DNA from: a virus
Taxonomy: Duplodnaviria; Caudoviricetes
Strand: one strand, 5' to 3'
IMG/VR virus record: IMGVR_UViG_3300031688_000123
Span: 1-25,428 of that record
Length of the DNA: 25,428 nt
This document shows positions 16,401 to 23,261 of this stretch, piece after piece. How positions within the stretch are numbered: the stretch's first letter is position 1; each line of letters opens with the position of its first letter. The notes below the pieces were generated by a model. It saw only the letters and a list, made by a program, of their open reading frames with translations, had not been told where the DNA came from and made no database searches. A program made the position numbers and the translations under genes.

Positions 16401-19400
16401 CTGCTACAAACCCCAGCGGAGAGCCAGAGCGATGGACAAGTTAATACTGAAACCCAAGAAGTTGACGCCCAAGCTGGAGGAGTACGTCAAGACGTTCGGC
16501 CACAGACCGTCAGCGGAAGCGAACAAATTCAAGACGAATCAGGAATTGGAGAAGATGGCGGAGGTAGCGCTGTTGCGCAAGAAGCCAGTGAAGGACTGGG
16601 AGAGCAGACCCCACAGGAAGACGGGGACAATATTGGACAAGCTGTACAGTCAGAAGAAGATGCCGCAGACGCCAGAGCTGTAGATCAAGAATTAGGTGAC
16701 GTCGATGATGATTACGACCCGATGGATGACCTCGCATCGTTTGTTGACGACGGGTCTCCATTGTTTGCCCCGTTTAGTCGGGTTCCAGAACCAGATGAAA
16801 GCTCACCTGTACTCCCAATGGGTAAGGTCGAGCAGTCTCTATCTGACCTACTCGCCGAAAATCCCAACCCAACCGCAGAGCAGCTAGGGTCATTAGTTGG
16901 CGCACCCAAAAAACGCAAGGGTAAAGAGTCTGTTCAAGATGTAGATGTAAGACCCGTAACGCTAGATGAGTTGCGCGGATACGTTGAGGACTCATTGTCC
17001 AAGTCAGACAACCTAAAGTGGTATGACGACTTTGGAAATCTATTTAGAGACCTAGTCGGAGATGCAAATCTAGACGAAGCGTCAGTTATCTTTGGCATTA
17101 CCTCGGCACAGAACGCAGCGGAAAACAATCTAGCTGAAACTCTTCATATCATGTCGTTAGCCCGAAAGTTTGATCCGGTTAAACAGCGCAAGCAATTTGA
17201 GTTGGCCGTGAAGGCAACTCGCCGTCCTGACGGGCAGAAGCTTAAAATTACAGGAAGGCAAGTTACTGCGATTAGTGACCTTTATGCTAACGGTGACTTT
17301 GAGGGAGGCATAAAAACCACCACCTACATGCAGATGGTTGCGGACAGGGGTAGAAACGAATACAACCCGTTCAGTGTTCAGGATGTACACATGAGCCGCG
17401 TGTTCGGGTTCCGCAAAAAAGATTTTGATAAGAAATCTGGGGCGCTCGTTGATGCCGCTAAAGTCTCAGGAGAGAATGAGTATCGTTACGCTCAGTACCT
17501 GACCAGCGTATTGGCTGATGAGTTCGGAATGACTCCCAATCAGATGCAAGCAACCCTGTGGTTCTATGCAAAAGATAAGCTCACTCCAAAGAACAAAGGC
17601 GATGAAGACAAGGCCAAGAAAAAGCTTGAAAAATTAAGGAAGAAAGCAGAGGCCGAAGGGAAAGAGTTTGACGAAACCGCCCCAAGGTATGGTGATGGTA
17701 CGCCAGAATCATCTGCCTTATATGCAGCTCCAGAAATTCAAAAAATTGAGAGCATGATTGCTGATGGGACTTTTGATGCATCTGCCCCGCTGGCAGATTC
17801 TTTAGCAGACGGCGTCAGACCGCGAAATAAACCAGCACAAAAGACTACCCCATTCTCTACCGTAAATGAGCGAGAGGGCTTGATGGATTTGGCTAGAGCC
17901 AGATCTCCCAAGTTGATTGCTTCTGCGGTTGCAGGGAAAGGCAGAGGTCTTGCGTTTCCTGATGACACTCCAATTGAGACTCTTGTCCAGTACAACCAAG
18001 ATGTTATGGCTGCTATTGTCGATGATGGTGGGCAAATACCCATCCTTAGGGAGCTGGGAATACCTCACGAAATAGAGGAATCTGCCGGAACCTTTACCGG
18101 ATATGAGCCGTCAATAATGATTAGGCTTCTTGGTGGAAATTTGGAGACTGCTAACAAGCTTGCTCCGTTGCTAGGTGATGCATTGCTTCAGGATTCGGTT
18201 ATAACGTCTCAGGCGGTTTACGGTGAAGCCGGTCTTCCTGCCTTCGTAGTCGTTAAGAAGGACGGTTCTGATTTCTCTAGGGCAGATGCAATGGCTCTGG
18301 CCGAGTCGATGAATCCTAGCAAAGACCCTGAAGGAATAAACTTCAATCAACCTATGAACGACACCTTGATGTTTCTTGATTCAAGGTCAATGAAGGATGG
18401 TTTTGAATATACAGAGTTGCAAGCCGATGAGTTTTATTCTACTCTAGCTAATGAATTAGGTGACGGCTATTCTATTGGCGTCATCACTACCCAAGGAGAC
18501 TATCATGGTTCAGATAAATATAGAGAAGCTATCGAAAAGGCTTGGAATCGAGAGACTCCCAGCGGATCACAAAATATATACGACCGCACCAACGCTTCAC
18601 TTTACGAGCCGGTCAGAAAAGTCTACAACGAGTACGCAGAAAAGCTCGGCATCCCCAAGCGGGAAACAAAAGAGCTAGGCCCGCTACTCTCCCCACCTAG
18701 CAGTGATCGGTTACAACGCGCTAGGGACATGGGGTTTGACACGGATCGTGTGTTCTATCACGGAACGGATCAACAGTTTGACTCATTCTCAGGCGCAATG
18801 CGCGGCTCCGTCACTTCAGCAGACTCGGCAGCAGAAGCAGTATTTTTTTCCAGCAGAAAGAAAACAGCTCAGTCATATTCTCGCGGGAGAAACCCCAATC
18901 TCGAAACCTCTCGAAGGTTAGGAGGCACCCCTAGAGTAATCGAAGCTTATCTAAAGCTACAAAATCCGTTTATAGTTGACATGAAAAATTCTGGGTTTAA
19001 GGATGCTAGATCAACGGCTATTCTTAAGCAGGCAAAAGAGGCAGGCCATGACGGAGTTATCTTTCAACGGTACTATGATTACAATTCGTCAGTGCAAGGA
19101 CGGATAGATTCCTTTCTTACCAGAGGCGTATTAAGCGGTGAAGATATTGTCGCGGTATTTAACACTAATCAGATCCGTTCAGTAGACGCGCAGTTCGATC
19201 CGGCGAAGGCTGAATCTAGCAATATTCTATACTCACCTCCGTCACGCACATACGATGAAGTTAATGCCGCACGGAATGCTGAGATACGAGAGGAGAAAGG
19301 TAAGGTAGATAAGGCTAGTAGCTGGATCAAGAAAACCTTTAAGAGGCAGCTTACATCTAGAGGTCTGCTTAACGAGCAGGTCTTCCAAGCCAAGATTGCT

Positions 19401-21941
19401 AGAGATGGTGAGTTTGGTGCCGCCGAAATTGACACCCGCATGTACCTTAACTCCTATGATAAGGCTGTTAAGGACGCTAACCTTTCAGAAGAGCAGACAG
19501 CATTACTGAGTGAGGCTATCGCCACGCCATTAGATCAGTTAAACAGCCTTAACTTGCCTGACGCAGTGAAGCAGGCCATCGGAGGAATGCGTAAGTACCT
19601 CGACAAGATGTCTATTGATTACGCTCAGGTAGTTGCTGATCAAGCCTCGGCTCTAGTGGAGAGCGGTAAGGGTGATGCCGCAGCGGCGAAGATAGATCTC
19701 CTAAACACCATTGCATCTAACAAGGGCAAGTACCTCAACCGAAGCTACCAAGTCTTTGATGATCCCAAGTGGGCAAACAAAGTACCCAAGCCAGTCATCG
19801 ATAACGCCAGAACATTTCTTGAGGCTAATGGCGCACAGAATGCTGACAGAATTATTAACACCATTCTAAAGACGGGCACCGCTTTTGACAGTTTAAGCAG
19901 CTTCATCAGTGAAGGGAAGCTTGGCAGTAAAGATCTTTCTATCTTGAAGAAAAGAAAAGATATTGCGCCAGAGATTCTAGCCCTGATGGGAGAGTACACT
20001 GACCCGCGTATAAACTTTGTTAAGACAGCTACTAAGGTAAGCCGCCTGCTCTGGAATCACAAGTTCCTTGAGCGAGTTAAGCTTGAGGGTCAGCGGGATG
20101 GTTTCTTATTCACTGCCGAAGACGCTCCAACAGATGCCTATGTTCAGATAGCGCCTGACTCCTCAGATGCAATGAATCCATTGAATGGCCTGTACACAAC
20201 TCCAGAGTTGGCGCAGGGATTCGAGGACGCTATGGATCTAGGGTCTAACGTGGAGTGGGTAAAGAAGTGGCAGCAACTTAACTCAGTGGTTAAGTATGGC
20301 AAGACTGTTATAGCCCCTACTACGGTAGCCCGTAACTTCATGTCAGCGTCTTTGTTCACGGTTGCCAATGGTCACTTTAATTGGGCAAAGGGTGGCGAGT
20401 CACTAAAGTCCTTAAGGGGATTCTGGAGTGACGAGTCTAGCTACTTTGACTCAGCGGAAGGAGCCTCCACGGCTTATCTTCGCGAGATTAGGCGTCATGG
20501 TGTTATCTACGACAGCCCGTATGCAGGCGAATTAACTAAGGCTTTAGAGGACTTCTCCAGAGGAACGGAGCTAGACAATAAAGTTAAAGCTATTGACGGC
20601 ACAAAAGACAAGATAGCCCAAAAGTCTAAGAGCTTCCTTGACTTAGCTGCAAAGTTCTATCAGTACGGCGATGACTTTTGGAAGATCATTGGCTTTGAGA
20701 ATATGGTTGATGTTCTCATGGACAATAAGGGTCTAACCCGCGAGCAGGCCGTGCCTCTTGCTGCCGAAAGAATTAGGGACACATACCCGACATACTCACT
20801 CATAGGTAAGGGTGTAGCAGACCTCCGAAGATTCCCTATGGTCGGTACGTTTGTTTCTTTCCCCGCAGAAATTATTAGAACTAGCTTTAATATGTTCAAG
20901 TACTTAAAGCAGGATATGGCAGACCCAGATATGAGGGGTCACGCTATGACTAAAGTTGCTGGAATGTCAGCCGTATCGCTTGGAATCTACGCACTGCAAG
21001 ACGCAGCCATGCGAGCATTTGATGTGGATGAGGAGGAGCAGGAAGCCATCAGGCTGATGTCGCCAACGTGGAGCGAGAACTCCAACATCCTACCAACAGG
21101 TCGCGATGATGATGGCAACCTTGAGTACATTGATCTCACTTACTTAGATCCGTATGCCTATTTCAAGAAGCCTATTAACGCACTGATGAGAGACCAGCCT
21201 ACCGAGGACGCAATTGTTCAGGCAGGCCGCGAGCTGTTGACACCATTCTTGGGTGTAGATATTGCGACTGGTGCTGTGCTAGAGCTTTACAACAACGAAA
21301 AAGTTTCCGGCGGAAGGATTTGGAATCCCGCCGATACCCCCACCAATAAGCTTTCAGCCGCGACAGAACACCTGATAAAAGGCGCTGGCCCAGCAGTAAT
21401 TCAAAACGTCACTCGCACAGCTAAGGCAATAAACGGCGATGTCTCTAAGTCAGGTAAAAGGTATGAGCTTGAGGACGAACTAAAGGCTTGGGTCGGCTTC
21501 AGGGTTACCACGTTTGATCCTAAAGTCTCTTTGCACTTCAAGGCATACGAGTTTAATGAAGATAAGCGAAACGCTTCTAGCCTGCTCACATCTACGTTTA
21601 GAGACCCAAATCAGTTGGAGGAGGGTGAGCTAATAAATGCATTTGAACGCGCCTCAGCAGCTCGTAAAGAGGGCTATGAGCGCATGATTAAACTGGTATC
21701 TGCGGCAAGAAAGTCTGGCCTCAATAATACCCAGTTGATGATGGTGTTGCGGTCAAATGGCGTGACCAAGAAGGATGCCAAAGCATTAATAGCAGGCAAC
21801 CCAGCAACTTGGGAGATGTCGGACAGTACTCTTAAGAACAGTATTAAGAAGTCTGACCTACTATTTGGTGACGCCACTGGTAGAGAGTTTGAGAAACGCT
21901 GGCTTAAGATTCAGGAATTGCTAAGAGGTGAAACTCAATGA
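13494..21941 (+). CDS. Giant polyvalent internal virion protein (2815 aa): zincin metallopeptidase, HhH-glycosylase-like, ART-PolyVal-like and LPD38-like domains
   Basis: HELGH at 16059-16073 plus EAFA at 16311; WY...ITSAQ...GIK...QDVHM...QATLW at 17019-17561; YHGT...FFS...YLKLQNP...GHDGV...VFNTNQIRS at 18706-19235; helical C-terminal region with YIDLTYLDPY. Confidence 0.75.
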   Translation: MLYLNKPNRRSQFYDFGEEDETGALNEFKKGVSSGVDQLQGLIGGGGRALVGSAIGDDEMFRNGMEYYNEQMNEAAENAADVGSIEEIEGIGDFVNYSAFVVGNIIPSLIGGGGAGAAVGVVAKRAAMSAAGKVIAKQSAQQLTKKQAATQYARSTVGQEALAKRGLAGQMVGATAFGTAAGAGESFTRIYDETGEEAAIEAMITGVASGALDAMAPMRALKRILPQGAFRDASEEVASVMAKKRGVFKRALTEAGKSSATEGVTEMMQEIVQNAALEVVRGYDPALESSFIERMLEDGKFSQYKNAFVAGAIGGGAMGGITGAVTQDPETRAATVRQEQLPSPEDFDIAQNSQPPEVVIDDQSAAQTAQQRQEEVRARAQGLPKQRRQIPRTDPSAVRAAEQQDIIDRELPNRRDDLDSGEATASRESIQRQIRDQVAGLPAVRENVKKILQEVTDGTYRNEGVGETVTIPAPAPVTPEADAPTEVSGSLPDPANVAPPMTDLIGRDVEYNGNKGLLIEKEDGLYVSTQDNGDVFIESGQNKSPAELGVVAAASDLEFENDFQIDPETKKFTLRGKEYTLTRIVKDKDGNPLSLAVRDAKGKRKTIKEKSVLDRAQAQMTKPPNFAQIKVEVDDLPVDIQEAIVKQSDPENIPTEISAQEALEIAQSMPDADQVATALNESFQLTLAGREAVTSTPMQYSQTITRPSSDVTLTEAIQQINKGQGSNRSSIDESRIDSLFDGLFDGPIVLSDGETLTPVNMLEGINESPDGMSANIRREVKASILDLIEAGMPKSVLKDISGIFIHSQGTFARETDGAFFPDTSALSLSLLNLVNLVTSTENTNNRAGKFRYVMAHELGHAYDIARSLSDAAPEFRIEIDGFTPEGVELSVGSIISELGRNYQNGTELGMEMDYPFGDAWSMLNDNPDASDQIVDVLQKEAFAQGFAVYHASPELLQESAPLTYNYFKKLLQTPAESQSDGQVNTETQEVDAQAGGVRQDVRPQTVSGSEQIQDESGIGEDGGGSAVAQEASEGLGEQTPQEDGDNIGQAVQSEEDAADARAVDQELGDVDDDYDPMDDLASFVDDGSPLFAPFSRVPEPDESSPVLPMGKVEQSLSDLLAENPNPTAEQLGSLVGAPKKRKGKESVQDVDVRPVTLDELRGYVEDSLSKSDNLKWYDDFGNLFRDLVGDANLDEASVIFGITSAQNAAENNLAETLHIMSLARKFDPVKQRKQFELAVKATRRPDGQKLKITGRQVTAISDLYANGDFEGGIKTTTYMQMVADRGRNEYNPFSVQDVHMSRVFGFRKKDFDKKSGALVDAAKVSGENEYRYAQYLTSVLADEFGMTPNQMQATLWFYAKDKLTPKNKGDEDKAKKKLEKLRKKAEAEGKEFDETAPRYGDGTPESSALYAAPEIQKIESMIADGTFDASAPLADSLADGVRPRNKPAQKTTPFSTVNEREGLMDLARARSPKLIASAVAGKGRGLAFPDDTPIETLVQYNQDVMAAIVDDGGQIPILRELGIPHEIEESAGTFTGYEPSIMIRLLGGNLETANKLAPLLGDALLQDSVITSQAVYGEAGLPAFVVVKKDGSDFSRADAMALAESMNPSKDPEGINFNQPMNDTLMFLDSRSMKDGFEYTELQADEFYSTLANELGDGYSIGVITTQGDYHGSDKYREAIEKAWNRETPSGSQNIYDRTNASLYEPVRKVYNEYAEKLGIPKRETKELGPLLSPPSSDRLQRARDMGFDTDRVFYHGTDQQFDSFSGAMRGSVTSADSAAEAVFFSSRKKTAQSYSRGRNPNLETSRRLGGTPRVIEAYLKLQNPFIVDMKNSGFKDARSTAILKQAKEAGHDGVIFQRYYDYNSSVQGRIDSFLTRGVLSGEDIVAVFNTNQIRSVDAQFDPAKAESSNILYSPPSRTYDEVNAARNAEIREEKGKVDKASSWIKKTFKRQLTSRGLLNEQVFQAKIARDGEFGAAEIDTRMYLNSYDKAVKDANLSEEQTALLSEAIATPLDQLNSLNLPDAVKQAIGGMRKYLDKMSIDYAQVVADQASALVESGKGDAAAAKIDLLNTIASNKGKYLNRSYQVFDDPKWANKVPKPVIDNARTFLEANGAQNADRIINTILKTGTAFDSLSSFISEGKLGSKDLSILKKRKDIAPEILALMGEYTDPRINFVKTATKVSRLLWNHKFLERVKLEGQRDGFLFTAEDAPTDAYVQIAPDSSDAMNPLNGLYTTPELAQGFEDAMDLGSNVEWVKKWQQLNSVVKYGKTVIAPTTVARNFMSASLFTVANGHFNWAKGGESLKSLRGFWSDESSYFDSAEGASTAYLREIRRHGVIYDSPYAGELTKALEDFSRGTELDNKVKAIDGTKDKIAQKSKSFLDLAAKFYQYGDDFWKIIGFENMVDVLMDNKGLTREQAVPLAAERIRDTYPTYSLIGKGVADLRRFPMVGTFVSFPAEIIRTSFNMFKYLKQDMADPDMRGHAMTKVAGMSAVSLGIYALQDAAMRAFDVDEEEQEAIRLMSPTWSENSNILPTGRDDDGNLEYIDLTYLDPYAYFKKPINALMRDQPTEDAIVQAGRELLTPFLGVDIATGAVLELYNNEKVSGGRIWNPADTPTNKLSAATEHLIKGAGPAVIQNVTRTAKAINGDVSKSGKRYELEDELKAWVGFRVTTFDPKVSLHFKAYEFNEDKRNASSLLTSTFRDPNQLEEGELINAFERASAARKEGYERMIKLVSAARKSGLNNTQLMMVLRSNGVTKKDAKALIAGNPATWEMSDSTLKNSIKKSDLLFGDATGREFEKRWLKIQELLRGETQ
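16359..16388 (+). promoter_or_regulatory. Internal sigma70-like promoter upstream of nested ORF A
   Basis: TTGCAA (16359-16364), N18, perfect TATAAT (16383-16388), about 45 nt before ATG 16432. Confidence 0.6.
16432..16683 (+). CDS. Nested +1-frame ORF A (83 aa, basic) inside the giant gene
   Basis: ATG with GGAG at 16418-16421 and an upstream promoter. The sequence is helical and protein-like, while the host frame is a low-complexity acidic linker over this span. Confidence 0.6.
   Translation: MDKLILKPKKLTPKLEEYVKTFGHRPSAEANKFKTNQELEKMAEVALLRKKPVKDWESRPHRKTGTILDKLYSQKKMPQTPEL
18417..18445 (+). promoter_or_regulatory. Candidate internal promoter upstream of nested ORF B
   Basis: TTGCAA (18417-18422), N17, TACTCT (18440-18445). 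Confidence 0.35.
18505..18678 (+). CDS. Nested +1-frame ORF B (57 aa) inside the giant gene
   Basis: AAGGAG at 18493-18498, a 6-nt spacer, then ATG 18505. Encodes MVQINIEKLSKRLGIERLPADHKIYTTAPTLHFTSRS. Its stop falls at the start of the ART-module junction. Confidence 0.55.
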   Translation: MVQINIEKLSKRLGIERLPADHKIYTTAPTLHFTSRSEKSTTSTQKSSASPSGKQKS

Positions 21942-22249
21942 CAGAGATGATAAGAATCCCAGCATTTTTACTTCCATTCGGTATCACTTTGATAGGCGCG
22001 GCTGTCACATATGGAGGTACTCAGGCGAGGGCTAATTCATTAGAGATTGATGTGGCAAGGTTAGACGCGGATATCAGGGAGGTGTCTGTTGAATCTTTAG
22101 AGAACCACAAGGGTGTCGCGCTAAACGAGCAGGCCATACAGACAATATCTGACGCCCTAGACAGGCAGCATGAAACGCAAAAAGAAACGGCAGCTATTAT
22201 GGAGAACAAGCTACAGACTTTGATTGAAGTAATGATCAACAAAAAATAG
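21938..22249 (+). CDS. Hypothetical membrane-anchored coiled-coil protein
   Basis: GAGG RBS, ATGA overlap, N-terminal TM segment followed by heptads. Confidence 0.7.
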   Translation: MTEMIRIPAFLLPFGITLIGAAVTYGGTQARANSLEIDVARLDADIREVSVESLENHKGVALNEQAIQTISDALDRQHETQKETAAIMENKLQTLIEVMINKK

Positions 22250-22257
22250 AGGCGATT

Positions 22258-22710
22258 ATGATTGGTGAAATTGCATTAATTATCTCTGGAATTAAAGCGG
22301 TCAATGACACGCTGGCTACGCTGAAGGAGTCAAAAGACAATATAGACGGGTTCGCCTCATTGTTTGGGAAGGTCAGTGAGACTGAGGTAGCGATTCGGAA
22401 GATTGACGAACAGGTAGAGCTTGGAGAGCATACCCTAACGACAGAGGAGAGCCTTCAATTAGCCTACTGTCGCGAGGAAGTGCGTAAGCAGCAGAGACAG
22501 CTTAAACGGAAGACTCCTCCAGCAGTCTGGCGTGATGCTTTGATGCTCAAGTCAAAGTCGGAGAGGGAGGCTAAGGAGAAGTCTCAGAGGAATCAAAAAG
22601 CCCTAGCAAAGAAGAAGCGCCAAATGTCTTCTATCATAGAGACTCTTATGTTCTTTGCCGGTCTATTGGTCGTAGGGTATCTACTCTTATTGTGGTTAGG
22701 CGCGGTATGA
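22258..22710 (+). CDS. Hypothetical coiled-coil protein with C-terminal TM segment
   Basis: GAGG RBS, MIGEIAL...IKAV start and a hydrophobic C-terminus. Confidence 0.7.
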   Translation: MIGEIALIISGIKAVNDTLATLKESKDNIDGFASLFGKVSETEVAIRKIDEQVELGEHTLTTEESLQLAYCREEVRKQQRQLKRKTPPAVWRDALMLKSKSEREAKEKSQRNQKALAKKKRQMSSIIETLMFFAGLLVVGYLLLLWLGAV

Positions 22711-22814
22711 GTAACTTTGACCCAAAGTCTCCTGAGGACTGGCAAGGTTTAGGCTTGGTAATTTTTATGGGTATAGCTATATTCGCTATTAGGCAGATCT
22801 ATTCACCAGCGTAA
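22707..22814 (+). CDS. 35-aa single-TM microprotein (not in ORF track)
   Basis: ATGA overlap with the upstream stop. MSNFDPKSPEDWQGLGLVIFMGIAIFAIRQIYSPA. Confidence 0.55.
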   Translation: MSNFDPKSPEDWQGLGLVIFMGIAIFAIRQIYSPA

Positions 22815-22824
22815 ATGATAGTCG

Positions 22825-22848
22825 AAAAAAAGCCGGACAGAATCCGGC
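22825..22848 (-). terminator. Rho-independent terminator (minus strand)
   Basis: GCCGGA-cagaa-TCCGGC stem with A7 at 22825-22831, read as U7 on the minus strand. Confidence 0.75.
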
Positions 22849-22867
22849 AAAGAGGAGGAATGCTTCG

Positions 22868-23002
22868 CTAGATAATGATGGCAAGCGCCGTAAAAATAGC
22901 TAACGTAATGCCAATATCTAAGGCGTCGAGTCTCAGGCTTAATTCCCATCGCAAAAAGTCATCAATTGAGTCTTTAATTCTTACGAGAATCTCTGATTTC
23001 AT
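22868..23002 (-). CDS. 44-aa membrane microprotein next to attP (not in ORF track)
   Basis: MKSEILVRIKDSIDDFLRWELSLRLDALDIGITLAIFTALAIII. AAGG upstream and a terminator 20 nt downstream. Confidence 0.55.
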   Translation of the reverse strand: MKSEILVRIKDSIDDFLRWELSLRLDALDIGITLAIFTALAIII

Positions 23003-23059
23003 AGTTATAGCCTTTAGTGTTGTGTCCCTACTAAGAAAAGATCTGTGTGAAAACTTCCC

Positions 23060-23170
23060 TAAGTCATTGATTTATAACGAAATAGGCCACATAACACTGG
23101 CAGTGTTGAGGTCAGCGGTTCGATCCCGCTAGGCTCCACCAATATTTTTACTCTATAAATCAATGACTTA
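23060..23170. repeat. Perfect 17-bp inverted repeat containing the IHF consensus
   Basis: taagtcattgatttata / tataaatcaatgactta. AATCAATGACTTA matches WATCAANNNNTTR. Confidence 0.85.
23092..23141 (+). tRNA. 3' half of tRNA-Ala(GGC), the att core (not a complete tRNA)
   Basis: Anticodon arm TAACA-CTGGCAG-TGTTG, T arm AGCGG-TTCGATC-CCGCT, acceptor 3' strand AGGCTCC-A-CCA. The D arm and 5' acceptor strand are absent. Confidence 0.9.
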
Positions 23171-23261
23171 TAGACCCCCAAAGCACAACCCTTCTAGTGT
23201 TGTGTGAATGGGGCTTTTTCTGGCCCTATTTCGTACCTGTTTTAGTGTTGTGTCCGAACCA

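Larger units (their letters stand above)
23013..23255. mobile_element. attP: attP region: arm repeats, IHF boxes and tRNA core
   Basis: TAGTGTTGTGT at 23015, 23195 and 23243; a 17-bp inverted repeat at 23060-23076/23154-23170; a tRNA 3' half between them; adjacent to the integrase 3' end. Confidence 0.85.

Noticed and set aside
16696-16887. 63-aa +1-frame ORF after nested ORF A
   Set aside because: GTG start without a well-placed SD. Composition looks like a frame shadow.
9395-18422. TTGCAA as a phage-specific promoter motif
   Set aside because: The hexamer also occurs in coding regions without a -10 element, so it was used only where -10, SD and ATG co-occur.
18703-18921. 72-aa +1-frame ORF over the ART domain
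   Set aside because: No RBS, and it overlaps the catalytic motifs of the main frame.
10-22242. Numerous 60-110 aa minus-strand ORFs in the late region
   Set aside because: Antisense shadows of well-supported + strand genes, with no start signals noted.
22875-23132. 85-aa + strand ORF
   Set aside because: It runs through the attP arm, IHF box and tRNA core and lies antisense to a better-supported 44-aa ORF that has its own terminator.
23092-23141. Functional phage tRNA gene
   Set aside because: No D arm or 5' acceptor strand. It is an att core.
23013-23255. CRISPR-like array from TAGTGTTGTGT repeats
   Set aside because: Repeats are only 11-15 bp and irregularly spaced, which fits integrase arm sites.
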